A stretch of 64,000 nt of DNA from Thermoproteota archaeon (GTDB taxonomy: Archaea > Korarchaeota > JAOZGF01 > JAOZFZ01): the NCBI GenBank assembly GCA_027492035.1, contig JAOZFT010000004.1, positions 128,001 through 192,000 of the forward strand, read 5' to 3'. Each line of letters starts with the position of its first letter. The first letter of the stretch is position 1. Under the pieces are notes generated by a model, which was given only the letters and a program-made list of their open reading frames with translations, searched no databases and was not told where the DNA came from. The translations under genes and the position numbers were made by a program. Below are positions 38,980 through 48,183 of the stretch, piece by piece.

Positions 38980-41553
38980 GTAAAGATAAAGGAACCTAAT
39001 CTCCCGGAAAAAGTTGCACAAGCAGCTGCGAAATTAGGCATAAGGGCCCTTTTCCCGCCTCAAATAAGAGCTATAAAGAAGGGAATTCTAAAGGGTAAAA
39101 ATTTCGTCATAGCTACACCTACAGCTAGTGGAAAAACATTTATAGCATTAGCTGCGATAATAACCAAGTTAAATAAACACAGTGATAAAGCTATTTATTT
39201 AGCACCTCTACGGAGTATAGCATCGGAAAAATACAGTGAATTCAAAGAATTATTTGATGAATTAGGGTTAAGGACGGCTATTTCCACCGGTGACTTCGAT
39301 CTTTCACCCGACTGGTTGAAAGGATATAACATAATTATTTCCACGAATGAAAAAATTGACTCAATCATTAGACACAACCCAAAGTGGTTACAAGACGTAA
39401 AGGTAGTTGTAGTGGATGAAGTGCACCTTATTGACAGTTTGAAACGTGGCCCAATAATCGAACTCTTAATCGCTAAACTAAGGAAGAAAATAGAAAACCC
39501 ACAAATTTTGTGCTTAAGTGCAACAATTAAAAATGTGAAAGAACTAGCGGAATGGATTAATGGAACATATATAAGCAGCAACTGGAGACCCGTAGAACTC
39601 AGGGAGGGAGTATTTTATGATTACAAAATCTATTGGAGCAATGGAACAAAAAACGTAAGGAAAATTAAGGGGGAGAAATACACAGACCTCTGTCTAGATA
39701 CATTAAAGGAGAAAGGGCAGGTACTTGTTTTTTTAAACACCAGAAAAAACGCAGAAAACACCGCAGAAAAAGTAAAGAACGCTATTTCCAACACTCTTAC
39801 TGAAGAAGAGAAAAAGGAACTTAAAAAAACAGCTAGAAGGATTATTTCAGAAGGAGAACAAACTAAACTTTCGAAAAAACTAGCTAACCTAATAATGAGT
39901 GGAGTTGCATATCATCACGCAGGTTTAAGGCATATTCATCGTGCAATAGTAGAGGAAGCATTCAGAAGTAATTTTCTAAAAGTTATTTGTGCAACCCCCA
40001 CCTTAGCTGCAGGAGTTAACCTCCCAGCTAGGAGGGTAATAATAGGGCAAATTCATAGATTTTCAAAGGGAAAAGGAAGTCAACCTATTTCTGTAATGGA
40101 GTACAAACAAATGTGTCTGCCGTATGACACGCTGATCTTAACAGAAGAAGGGGAGATAGAGATAGGGGAGATAGTTGAAAAGAGAACTCCAAAAAAAGTT
40201 GTCAGTTTAGATCTTGAAACCGGTAAAGTAACCTTGAGCAAGATATTATCCTTTTTTGAAAGGAAAACTAATTTTTTGGTTAAACTCTTTTTAACTACTG
40301 GCTTAAACCTAGAACTGACACCTAACCATCCATTGCTGGCAGTTAAAAACGGAAGGTACGGATGGTTACTTGCAAAAAGAATACGGAGAGGCGATGTTGT
40401 ATTTACGTTAGATAAAGGGCTAATGAGAAAGATAAAAGTGAAAAAGGTAAAAAGAATAAACTTAGATAGCCCGATCACTGTCTTCAATTTGAAAACAGAA
40501 AAGGAAACCTTTTTTGCGGAAAGAATTGTATTGCATAATTGTGGACGGGCAGGTAGACCAAAGTATGATGAAATAGGGGAGGCGGTTCTTATAGCAAACA
40601 CTGAAGAAAGAAAGGAAAAGTACTTAAAAAAGTACGTGAACTCGAAACCAGAAAAAATAAAATCGAAACTGGTTGATTCACCTGCCCTAAGAGCGCAGAT
40701 TCTGTCACTAATAACTTCTAATTTGGCATTCACTCCTGAAGATATGAGGGACATATTTAAGTTGACTTTTTATTACAGCCAAACTAAAGAGAAAAAGAAA
40801 ATAGAGAGAAAGATTAAAGAAACATTAGATTTCTTGTTACTTAACGGATTTATAAAGAAAACAGGGGACTTGCTTCATGCTACAAAGTTAGGAAAAAGGG
40901 TTTCTTTACTTTATTTAGATCCTCTTACAGCAATAATTTTACTTAAAGGAATGGAAAAACTAGAAAAGAAGAAAGTCACTCCTCTTTCATTACTAACACT
41001 GATCTGCCTCACTCCAGACATGGAAACACTAAGTTACCGTAAGGCATTCTATCACGAAATGAACAACTTACTTAAAGAAAGAGAGGAAGAACTACCCCTA
41101 GAAGTTTATTATACTTCAACCTATTACTTGCTCGATCAAGACTGGCTGCAAGCAATATGGACTGCAAATATGCTTGAGAAATGGATAAATGAAGAAAATG
41201 AAGACACTTTAAACTTTAAGTACGGAGTTGGCCCAGGAGACATAAGAAGAGTAAATGAAAGTGCTGATTGGCTCCTCTACTCCATGCAGGAATTAGCCAA
41301 AACGTTTAAACATGAGAATTACATTCCTTTAATTGAAGAACTAAGGCAAAGAATAAAATATGGAGTGAAGAAGGAACTAATTGAATTAACTACCATAAAG
41401 GGTATTGGAAGGGTAAGAGCCAGAGTCCTCTACAATAAGGGATACAAACGTTTAGAAGATTTGAGTAAGGCGTCTATAAATGAACTTGCTAAACTTCCAG
41501 CTATAGGCGAAGCCTTAGCAAAAAGTATTAAAGAACAACTAAATGAGGAATAG
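38980..41553 (+). CDS. hel308: Hel308/Ski2-like SF2 helicase containing an intein; non-canonical start
   Basis: The frame is open upstream of the track start: VKIKEPNLPEKV...LFPPQ (Q motif)...TPTASGKT...APLRSIASEK. Also DEVH, LSAT, HHAGL, GRAGRP and a C-terminal HhH. Start uncertain (GTA 38980 or ATA 38986). Confidence 0.9.
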   Translation, partial: VKIKEPNLPEKVAQAAAKLGIRALFPPQIRAIKKGILKGKNFVIATPTASGKTFIALAAIITKLNKHSDKAIYLAPLRSIASEKYSEFKELFDELGLRTAISTGDFDLSPDWLKGYNIIISTNEKIDSIIRHNPKWLQDVKVVVVDEVHLIDSLKRGPIIELLIAKLRKKIENPQILCLSATIKNVKELAEWINGTYISSNWRPVELREGVFYDYKIYWSNGTKNVRKIKGEKYTDLCLDTLKEKGQVLVFLNTRKNAENTAEKVKNAISNTLTEEEKKELKKTARRIISEGEQTKLSKKLANLIMSGVAYHHAGLRHIHRAIVEEAFRSNFLKVICATPTLAAGVNLPARRVIIGQIHRFSKGKGSQPISVMEYKQMCLPYDTLILTEEGEIEIGEIVEKRTPKKVVSLDLETGKVTLSKILSFFERKTNFLVKLFLTTGLNLELTPNHPLLAVKNGRYGWLLAKRIRRGDVVFTLDKGLMRKIKVKKVKRINLDSPITVFNLKTEKETFFAERIVLHNCGRAGRPKYDEIGEAVLIANTEERKEKYLKKYVNSKPEKIKSKLVDSPALRAQILSLITSNLAFTPEDMRDIFKLTFYYSQTKEKKKIERKIKETLDFLLLNGFIKKTGDLLHATKLGKRVSLLYLDPLTAIILLKGMEKLEKKKVTPLSLLTLICLTPDMETLSYRKAFYHEMNNLLKEREEELPLEVYYTSTYYLLDQDWLQAIWTANMLEKWINEENEDTLNFKYGVGPGDIRRVNESADWLLYSMQELAKTFKHENYIPLIEELRQRIKYGVKKELIELTTIKGIGRVRARVLYNKGYKRLEDLSKASINELAKLPAIGEALAKSIKEQLNEE
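40114..40539 (+). mobile_element. Mini-intein (142 aa, no homing endonuclease) in Hel308 motif VI
   Basis: EYKQM|CLPYDTLI...LELTPNHPL (block B TxxH)...VFNL...IVLHN|CGRAGRP; splicing restores QMCGRAGR. Confidence 0.93.
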
Positions 41554-41583
41554 TGGAAGGTAAGGGTGAGTTGGTGGTAGCAT

Positions 41584-42987
41584 ATGTCTGTTTGCCCAAT
41601 TGACACCGGAAGATATGGAAGAGAACCCTTAAAGAAAATTTTTACTGAAGAGGGACGTATAGAAAGGCTGCTAAAAGTTGAAGCCACCATAGCCAAAACA
41701 CATGCTGAAATAGGAATCATACCTAAGGAAGCAGCACAAGAGATAGAGAAGAAGGCTTCCTTAAAATATGTAAAAATAGAGAGGATAAAGGAGATAGAAA
41801 AAGAAATACACCATGAAACAATGGCGATGGTTCTTGCGTTAGCGGAACAATGTGGGAAATATGGGGGATACGTGCATTTAGGTTTAACAAGTAGTGATGC
41901 TTTAGATACTGCACTAGCAATCCAAATAAAGGATGCATTAAAAATAATTGAAGGCAAGCTAGAGAAATTGATTCTTAAACTAGTGGAGAAAGCTTTAAAG
42001 TATAAAAGTTTACCTATGATCGGAAGAACCCATGGACAGCATGCAATACCTATAACTCTCGGTTTTAAATTTGCCCTGTTCGCTTCAGAGTTTCATAGAC
42101 ATTATGAAAGATTACAAGAAATAAAATCTCGAATTTTAGTTGGGAAAATCTCCGGTGCAACAGGTACGTTTGCAGCTTTGGGTAAAAAGGGCATCTTGAT
42201 ACAAAAGAGAACGTTAGAGAAATTGGGGCTGGGTGAACCCTTAATTACGACACAAATAATACAGAGAGATAGACATGCTGAACTAATTTTTCTGCTTGCA
42301 TTAATAGGTACTTCTTTAGATAAGTTAGCAACAGAGATAAGGAACTTACAAAGGACAGAGATAAGTGAAGTCTCTGAGCCATTCAATAAACAGCAGATAG
42401 GTTCCAGCACAATGCCTCAGAAAAGAAACCCTACGAAATCAGAGAGAATAACAAGTTTATCCCGACTTTTAAGATCAATGGTTTACCCAAGTCTAGAAAA
42501 TATTGTCACGTGGCATGAAAGAGACCTAACCAACTCAGCAAATGAAAGATTTACAGTGCCTGAGTCATTTATTTTGCTAGACGAGATGTTGACTGAGATG
42601 ATTGAAATAATAGAGAAAATCAAGGTTAACAAAGAAAAAATAAAGGAAAATCTTCACTTAACAAAAGGGTTAGTGATGTCGGAAAGAATAATGATGGCAT
42701 TAACCAAAAAGGGGATGGGTAGACAGGAGGCCCACCAAACGTTGCGAAAAATAGCACTCAAATCGGTAAATGAAAACAAAGAATTCAGAATTACTCTTCT
42801 CCAAGACAAAGAAATAAAGAAGAAATTAACCAGGAAAGAAATAGATGAACTTTTGAACCCTGAAACTTACACAGGTTTAGCAGAGAAAGTAATTGAAAGG
42901 ACAATTCAGGCAATAAACAACTCGTTAAACAAAAAAAGAGGGGAGGGGTTGGGAGAAGCTGATGCTATTCTTTTTAAACGCCTCTAA
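41584..42987 (+). CDS. purB: Adenylosuccinate lyase
   Basis: HLGLTSSD, GRTHGQHA, GSSTMPQKRNP. Confidence 0.96.
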   Translation: MSVCPIDTGRYGREPLKKIFTEEGRIERLLKVEATIAKTHAEIGIIPKEAAQEIEKKASLKYVKIERIKEIEKEIHHETMAMVLALAEQCGKYGGYVHLGLTSSDALDTALAIQIKDALKIIEGKLEKLILKLVEKALKYKSLPMIGRTHGQHAIPITLGFKFALFASEFHRHYERLQEIKSRILVGKISGATGTFAALGKKGILIQKRTLEKLGLGEPLITTQIIQRDRHAELIFLLALIGTSLDKLATEIRNLQRTEISEVSEPFNKQQIGSSTMPQKRNPTKSERITSLSRLLRSMVYPSLENIVTWHERDLTNSANERFTVPESFILLDEMLTEMIEIIEKIKVNKEKIKENLHLTKGLVMSERIMMALTKKGMGRQEAHQTLRKIALKSVNENKEFRITLLQDKEIKKKLTRKEIDELLNPETYTGLAEKVIERTIQAINNSLNKKRGEGLGEADAILFKRL

Positions 42988-43180
42988 CAGCCAATTTAAC
43001 GTCTTCTTCGAGAACTGTTTTCCTACCTGCATGTTTAGCGAAGTCTGCAGCTCTCCGGCTGAGTTTTTCGGCGTAATTTTCAACCACGTCCCTTAACACT
43101 AACCTTGCATTCTCACTTACTCTGACCGCACCGGCTTTCCTCATAATTTTATCCAAAGGAGCTAATGGTAATTCAGCCAT
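42974..43180 (-). CDS. Archaeal histone (HMf family)
   Basis: MAELPLAPLDKIMRKAGAVRVS...AKHAGRKTVLEEDVKLA; AGGTGA RBS; TATA-like TTTAAATATAAA upstream. Confidence 0.96.
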   Translation of the reverse strand: MAELPLAPLDKIMRKAGAVRVSENARLVLRDVVENYAEKLSRRAADFAKHAGRKTVLEEDVKLAVRGV

Positions 43181-43449
43181 ACAAAACTCACCTAACGAAA
43201 AAACTTATACAAATTTATATTTAAATCTTCCCTTTTTCTTAATGCTCCATTGACCACAAACCACGAAACAAATCAAAAAAGTTACTGCCATTAAGTGACA
43301 TAAGGGAAACCCTAGCAAAAATTTTGCGAAAAAGGAAGAAAAAATCAAATAATTTTAGGAAAATATTTCAAAAATTCGCGAATAAGAGAAAGGGAATAAA
43401 ACAAAACAAAAAAATTTAAATTATGCTGATTAACATAATATAAAGAGAA

Positions 43450-43571
43450 GGGGCCGTAGTCCAGCCAGAGGGAAGCCTAGATATGGGCTTTTCAGGCAAG
43501 GTAGGATGCCTGCCTGGGGAAATTAGCCGGAACGCAGGTGGTCCCGGGTTCAAATCCCGGCGGCCCCACCA
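43450..43571 (+). tRNA. tRNA-Pro(GGG) with two introns (32 nt in D-loop near 18/19; 13 nt at 37/38) and encoded CCA
   Basis: GGGGCCGTAGTCCAGCCAG^...^GTAGGATGCCTGCCTGGGG^AAATTAGCCGGAA^CGCAGGTGGTCCCGGGTTCAAATCCCGGCGGCCCCACCA; spliced length 74 nt plus CCA. Confidence 0.9.
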
Positions 43572-43649
43572 TTCCCAGCTTTTAAAATGTAGAGACGTAA
43601 AGAAGGGAATAAGTATTTTTTGAGTATAACTCTTTGGAGAAAAGAAACT

Positions 43650-45101
43650 TTAAACCCAAACTTTTTCGGTTAAAACTCCCGAAAGGAAAAGGCTGAGGCC
43701 TTTCTTATATACCCCCTCGATCTGCTCACTCCCCAAAATTTTGAAAGAAGAGACTAAGTTTTTCTCAACCATGGATTTTCTGTTTAACTTCTTCTTTATA
43801 ATTTGGGACAATATCTCTTTAACTGAAGTTTCCTCTCTTTTTAAGTCAACTACTAAACGCTGTCCCTCCAAATAGGGACCTTTCAGAACCAATTTGTTGT
43901 TTTCATACTTTTTTAGGAAACTTATAACATTTTCTTTGCTCTTTTGAAGAACCGGTGGACCATAATGTTTTTTGATAGGTAACAACCTCTTTGTAACTGT
44001 TTCAAAGATTATGCAACATTTGGTTTGCTCATTAGTCCAGTAATACTTCCCAATTATTTCTACCCCTTCTTGGCTCATAAGCATAGCTAATTTCTTTGTC
44101 GTTTTTTTAAGCTGAGGCCAGATAATATCTGGAGACTCTTCTTTTTCTAAACTGAAATCTATAAATAGCCAATAAGAACCTCGTCTCAATACTTTCCTGT
44201 TAATTTCATTTAAAGATAAAATTTGAGTTTTACCAGGGAAAAAGAAGGATAAACTAGGTTTTTTTAAGAAATTAATTGCAGAAATTATGAATTTACTCAA
44301 ATTTTTATCTGAAACAGCTGCAGCTACATTTCTTTCCTTATCAACAGGGTCTATAACGATCAAAGAGCCAGGAAAACTAGCAATTAATTTTTCAGTTAAA
44401 GGAAATCTTTCAATGTTTATTATTTCTCGTTGAGACCACTTTATAGATTCTTGAAGAAGTTTTAAGAAATTGCCATAGTGTAAAATGAGAAGCTCACAAA
44501 GATAACCAGAGAAACCTTCAGTTTTTGCGTCAGCCCCATAAACCGCTATCCCCTTCATAAACTGTTTCAGAATCCTTACTTCAGCAGCTTTTTCCTCTGT
44601 AATTTTCCCTTTCAAGTACCTATTGTGGAAAATTGTTCTATCAACAGAAGATTTTTTCTCTTCTAAACTTTTTATTTGAAAACAAGGCACTAGATCAATT
44701 TCGTAAGAGTTAATAATTAACCGGGCATAAGGGTGCTCCGCATACTTTATAATTAAGTTTTGTGTTATTTCTTTAGCTATTTTCACTGTTTCATTCTCTA
44801 ATTCTTCTTTACTGAATGATAAGGGGAAAGACAAGAAAATATCTATGTCTTTGTCACCTTTTAGCCAAGTATTTCTTGCAGTTGAACCCACTAACTCTGG
44901 TTTTGCAGGAATATTTCTTTCTTTACAAATTTCTTTTATTTTGCAGAGTAACTTGCTCGTGAACATCTTAACATATTCTATTTCTTTTTTAGAAGGCTCT
45001 ACCCTATTCAAAACATTTTTAAGGATGTCTTCAATGAGTTTTCTTTTATTACTGGAAAATGCCTCTTCAACTAGCCAATTTGACTGAAAATAAGGTTTCA
45101 T
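43650..45101 (-). CDS. cca: CCA-adding enzyme (class I)
   Basis: LVGSTARNTWL..DKDIDIF, YAEHPY, VDRTIFH, GFSGYLCELL, DPVDKERNVAAA; exact start uncertain. Confidence 0.95.
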   Translation of the reverse strand: MKPYFQSNWLVEEAFSSNKRKLIEDILKNVLNRVEPSKKEIEYVKMFTSKLLCKIKEICKERNIPAKPELVGSTARNTWLKGDKDIDIFLSFPLSFSKEELENETVKIAKEITQNLIIKYAEHPYARLIINSYEIDLVPCFQIKSLEEKKSSVDRTIFHNRYLKGKITEEKAAEVRILKQFMKGIAVYGADAKTEGFSGYLCELLILHYGNFLKLLQESIKWSQREIINIERFPLTEKLIASFPGSLIVIDPVDKERNVAAAVSDKNLSKFIISAINFLKKPSLSFFFPGKTQILSLNEINRKVLRRGSYWLFIDFSLEKEESPDIIWPQLKKTTKKLAMLMSQEGVEIIGKYYWTNEQTKCCIIFETVTKRLLPIKKHYGPPVLQKSKENVISFLKKYENNKLVLKGPYLEGQRLVVDLKREETSVKEILSQIIKKKLNRKSMVEKNLVSSFKILGSEQIEGVYKKGLSLFLSGVLTEKVWV

Positions 45102-45630
45102 AAACAGGACCCTTTGGCGTAAGTACAGATTTCTTTAACTTAATTTCATTAACCTCTAACGGACCGAAATCCATGTTTTTGAGGGTTAAAAGCGCACTAA
45201 CTAAGCTTTTCTCCTTAACGAAACGTTTAACTCTACCCAATGTTATATGGGAAGTAAACTCTTTTCCCAAGTCATAATTTATGTCTTTCCCAAACGAAGA
45301 AAGTAAGGCGTTGTAGACCTCCCTTATTTTTTCGTTATTTTCAGAAACTCCCACCCAGATTACTCTGGGTTTTTTCATGTTTGGAAATGCCCCTACACCA
45401 CTTAACTTTACAATGAATGACTTTATATCTGAGAGAGGCTTCATCCGTTCCTTTATTAACTTTATTTCTTCATTGTTTTTTTCTCCTAAAAAAATTAGGG
45501 TGATATGCAAATTCTGAGGCTCTACCAATTTTATAGGAATGTTTAAAGAAGCTAATTTATTTTGAACAGTCATTATTTTATTTCTCACTTCTTTATCAGT
45601 AACATCAATTGAAATAAAACAACGAACCAA
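45067..45630 (-). CDS. thpR: RNA 2',3'-cyclic phosphodiesterase (2H family)
   Basis: RCFISID; two HxT motifs (LHITL, SHITLGR); GPVYE. Confidence 0.93.
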   Translation of the reverse strand: MVRCFISIDVTDKEVRNKIMTVQNKLASLNIPIKLVEPQNLHITLIFLGEKNNEEIKLIKERMKPLSDIKSFIVKLSGVGAFPNMKKPRVIWVGVSENNEKIREVYNALLSSFGKDINYDLGKEFTSHITLGRVKRFVKEKSLVSALLTLKNMDFGPLEVNEIKLKKSVLTPKGPVYETLFSVKLAS

Positions 45631-45752
45631 GCTTTCGCCACCTTCCTATAAAGTTTTATTAAATTTAAAAATAAAGAACAACGTGGAAAATTTAAGTTTG
45701 TAACAGATTAAAAAATTTCTTTAAAAGAGATTTATTGAAAAGATGAAAAGCC

Positions 45753-46154
45753 TTGCTTGTAAGGGCATACACGCGAGTTAATCCAACTGAAAGCCGAGAG
45801 AAAGTAGAGAAAGCTCTAAAAAATATAGTCTCGAAAGGAAAAATTCGTTGTTTCAGAAAGGGAGATGTAGATGTACTGGAAATAGAGGGATATGGTGAAG
45901 AAAGTCTTGAAACAATTTTTTACAAGATAAGACAGAAAAAAATAGTTGATTCCTTCCGAAAGTTACTTCGCCGTAATAGAGGTGGAAATGAAACAGTTAT
46001 CATGCTTAACAAACAGTCAGCCTATGTTGGTGTGATAACAGTTTGTGAAACAGAAAAGGAATCCCCTTTAGGTCCTGTGTTTTTGCAAATAAAATCTCAA
46101 AATCAAAAAATAGAAGAAATAATTGACTGGTTGGCACCTGAAACTAAAGCTTAA
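45753..46154 (+). CDS. Predicted RNA-binding protein (DUF54/UPF0201)
   Basis: VNPTES.EKVEKALKN, LNKQSAYVG, SPLGP, IIDWLAP. Confidence 0.85.
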   Translation: MLVRAYTRVNPTESREKVEKALKNIVSKGKIRCFRKGDVDVLEIEGYGEESLETIFYKIRQKKIVDSFRKLLRRNRGGNETVIMLNKQSAYVGVITVCETEKESPLGPVFLQIKSQNQKIEEIIDWLAPETKA

Positions 46155-47094
46155 CTTTTTTATTGGGAAGGAAAATTTCCGGTTCCCCCTTTTCCGGGTA
46201 AGGTATGTGAACCTTCAAAAAATCTTCAGCGATTATCACCTTTTTAGGCAATGAATCTAAACCTTTCATATATTCTTCTTGGGTCGCATATCGGTTACTT
46301 ATGTGGGTAGCAACAACTAACTTAGTACTTGTTTCTTCCGCTAACTTTACCACGTCTTGGATTGTAGAATGCGATTTCTCTTCTGCATGCTGTAAATCCT
46401 TCGCTGAGAAAGGGGCGTTGTAGATTACTAAATCTGAACCCTGTGCAATTGAAATTAATTCCTCAAAAAACACGGTATCTGGTATATAAACTATTTTTCT
46501 TCCTTTCCTAGGAGGACCTATTATGTCAGAGGGCTTAATTATCCGCCCTCCCCAAGTAATTGTTTCACCTTTGATTAAAAGAGGCCTTAAATTGTTTGGA
46601 ATACTGAGTTTTTGAGCTTTTTCCCCATTGAACTTCCCTCTTCTATTTTTCTCTAAAAGAGCAACCCCTAGACAGTCAATAGAGTGCTTCACTCCAAAAA
46701 AGTTCAAGAAGTATTCATCATAAGAGTAAATGCTTCCGTCGGAAATAGGAAGAAAGGTTACTTCAAAGTTTGGATTAAGCTTGAAAAAATTTGCATGAAA
46801 AAGCAGGAAACTTCTTAATTTCTTAGGTCCAAACAGTTCTAGCTGAGTTTTGCGTCTAAACATTTTCATTGATTGAAGTAATCCTGGTAAGCCGAGTATG
46901 TGGTCCCCGTGTACATGAGAAACAATTATTTTCATTGGTTTACAGAAACCTAATTTAGATTTAGCTAGAAGGAATTGTGCCCCTTCAGCCGGATCAAGCA
47001 TAATTAGTTCCTTTTTTCGCTTAATCACTACGCAGAAGGGGTTCCTGTTCCCTAAAGAGGCTGAAGCGCCTGTTCCTAGAAAGTACACATCCAT
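46144..47094 (-). CDS. rnz: Ribonuclease Z
   Basis: FLGTGA; SHVHGDHILG MBL motif; exosite GP.RKGRKIVY; THISNRY. Confidence 0.9.
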   Translation of the reverse strand: MDVYFLGTGASASLGNRNPFCVVIKRKKELIMLDPAEGAQFLLAKSKLGFCKPMKIIVSHVHGDHILGLPGLLQSMKMFRRKTQLELFGPKKLRSFLLFHANFFKLNPNFEVTFLPISDGSIYSYDEYFLNFFGVKHSIDCLGVALLEKNRRGKFNGEKAQKLSIPNNLRPLLIKGETITWGGRIIKPSDIIGPPRKGRKIVYIPDTVFFEELISIAQGSDLVIYNAPFSAKDLQHAEEKSHSTIQDVVKLAEETSTKLVVATHISNRYATQEEYMKGLDSLPKKVIIAEDFLKVHIPYPEKGEPEIFLPNKKVKL

Positions 47095-47142
47095 TTTCTA
47101 TCATTCTCTCAGGTAAGTTAATTCTAAAAGAAAATAGTATTA

Positions 47143-48183
47143 TTAGGGTTTAAAGTAAAGGTCCACTTTGCGTATAAGGTGACGATGTAGGTAAACATTA
47201 AAAGAAGCAACAAGTTTAAACCCTATCTCTTCAGCATATTTGTGAATATTTATTCTGTTAGGGTAGGAGATACACATATATTTTCCTTTTTTCAAGGACT
47301 TAAAGGCAGATGGGATAAATTTTTTCAACAGCTCAATAAGGGATCTACCATAAGAACTTGTTGAAATGGAATAAGGAGGATCTGTTACTATAGCATCAAC
47401 TTTTTCATTTAATGAACAGGCATCACCTACCTTCACCTCAAAATCTGTTTTACCTGTGAAAAGTAGGTTTATTTTGGCTAATTCCACAATTTGAGGGTTT
47501 AGGTCAATCCCTATTGCCTTGCAATTTATGTTTAGGGCTTCAACAAGTATTCCACCTGGTCCACAGAAAGGGTCCAAGACAACGTCGCCTTTTTTGACAT
47601 GTGCTAGGTTTACCATAGCCCGGGCTAATGCAGCGTTCATCATTCCGCTTCTAACAATAGGTAGAGAAACCCCTCTCCCGAAAAGTAGTTTAGTTCTATC
47701 CACTTCCTCCAACTTTTTACCAAAAATAAATTTGTTTTGGATAAGAAGACCTAAATAAGTGATTTCAGGTCTTTCCAGGTTAACTTTAAAGGTGCTTTTC
47801 TTAGATTTAATTATAGCCCCTATTTCTTTGGTTAATAGTTGAGTTGAAACGTGTTTCGAGCTTCCTCTCACCCTAATGATTTCAACTTTAAAACCTAATT
47901 CGCCCTTGTTCGAGTTAATTTCTAATTTTTTGGTTGCTTCAAGAATTTTCTTCTCCTCCGAAGTACAAGCGAAGTAGAGCTCACTGATTATTTTTGTGAA
48001 TGCGGCCCGGTTTGAAATAGAGGCAACTGATTGTTCATTTGACTCAAAAACTAGGCACTGAGGCAGAGAAAGGAGTTCACGATATGGTTTATTTTCTCCT
48101 TTAAGTATTGATTCAACTTCTAAGGCTGCTAATTCAGGATTTTCACCTGAAAGAAAACAAAAGAAATTCTTCACTGACCTCAC
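47143..48183 (-). CDS. trmG10: tRNA (guanine-10-N2) methyltransferase (THUMP + MTase)
   Basis: LSGENPELAALE, VLDPFCGPGGIL, IVTDPPY, YLHRHLIR. Confidence 0.8.
   Translation of the reverse strand: MRSVKNFFCFLSGENPELAALEVESILKGENKPYRELLSLPQCLVFESNEQSVASISNRAAFTKIISELYFACTSEEKKILEATKKLEINSNKGELGFKVEIIRVRGSSKHVSTQLLTKEIGAIIKSKKSTFKVNLERPEITYLGLLIQNKFIFGKKLEEVDRTKLLFGRGVSLPIVRSGMMNAALARAMVNLAHVKKGDVVLDPFCGPGGILVEALNINCKAIGIDLNPQIVELAKINLLFTGKTDFEVKVGDACSLNEKVDAIVTDPPYSISTSSYGRSLIELLKKFIPSAFKSLKKGKYMCISYPNRINIHKYAEEIGFKLVASFNVYLHRHLIRKVDLYFKP

Noticed and set aside
40080-40754. 224-aa minus-strand ORF over the intein (possible homing endonuclease?)
   Set aside because: Antisense shadow with no LAGLIDADG or HNH motif; the intein is a mini-intein
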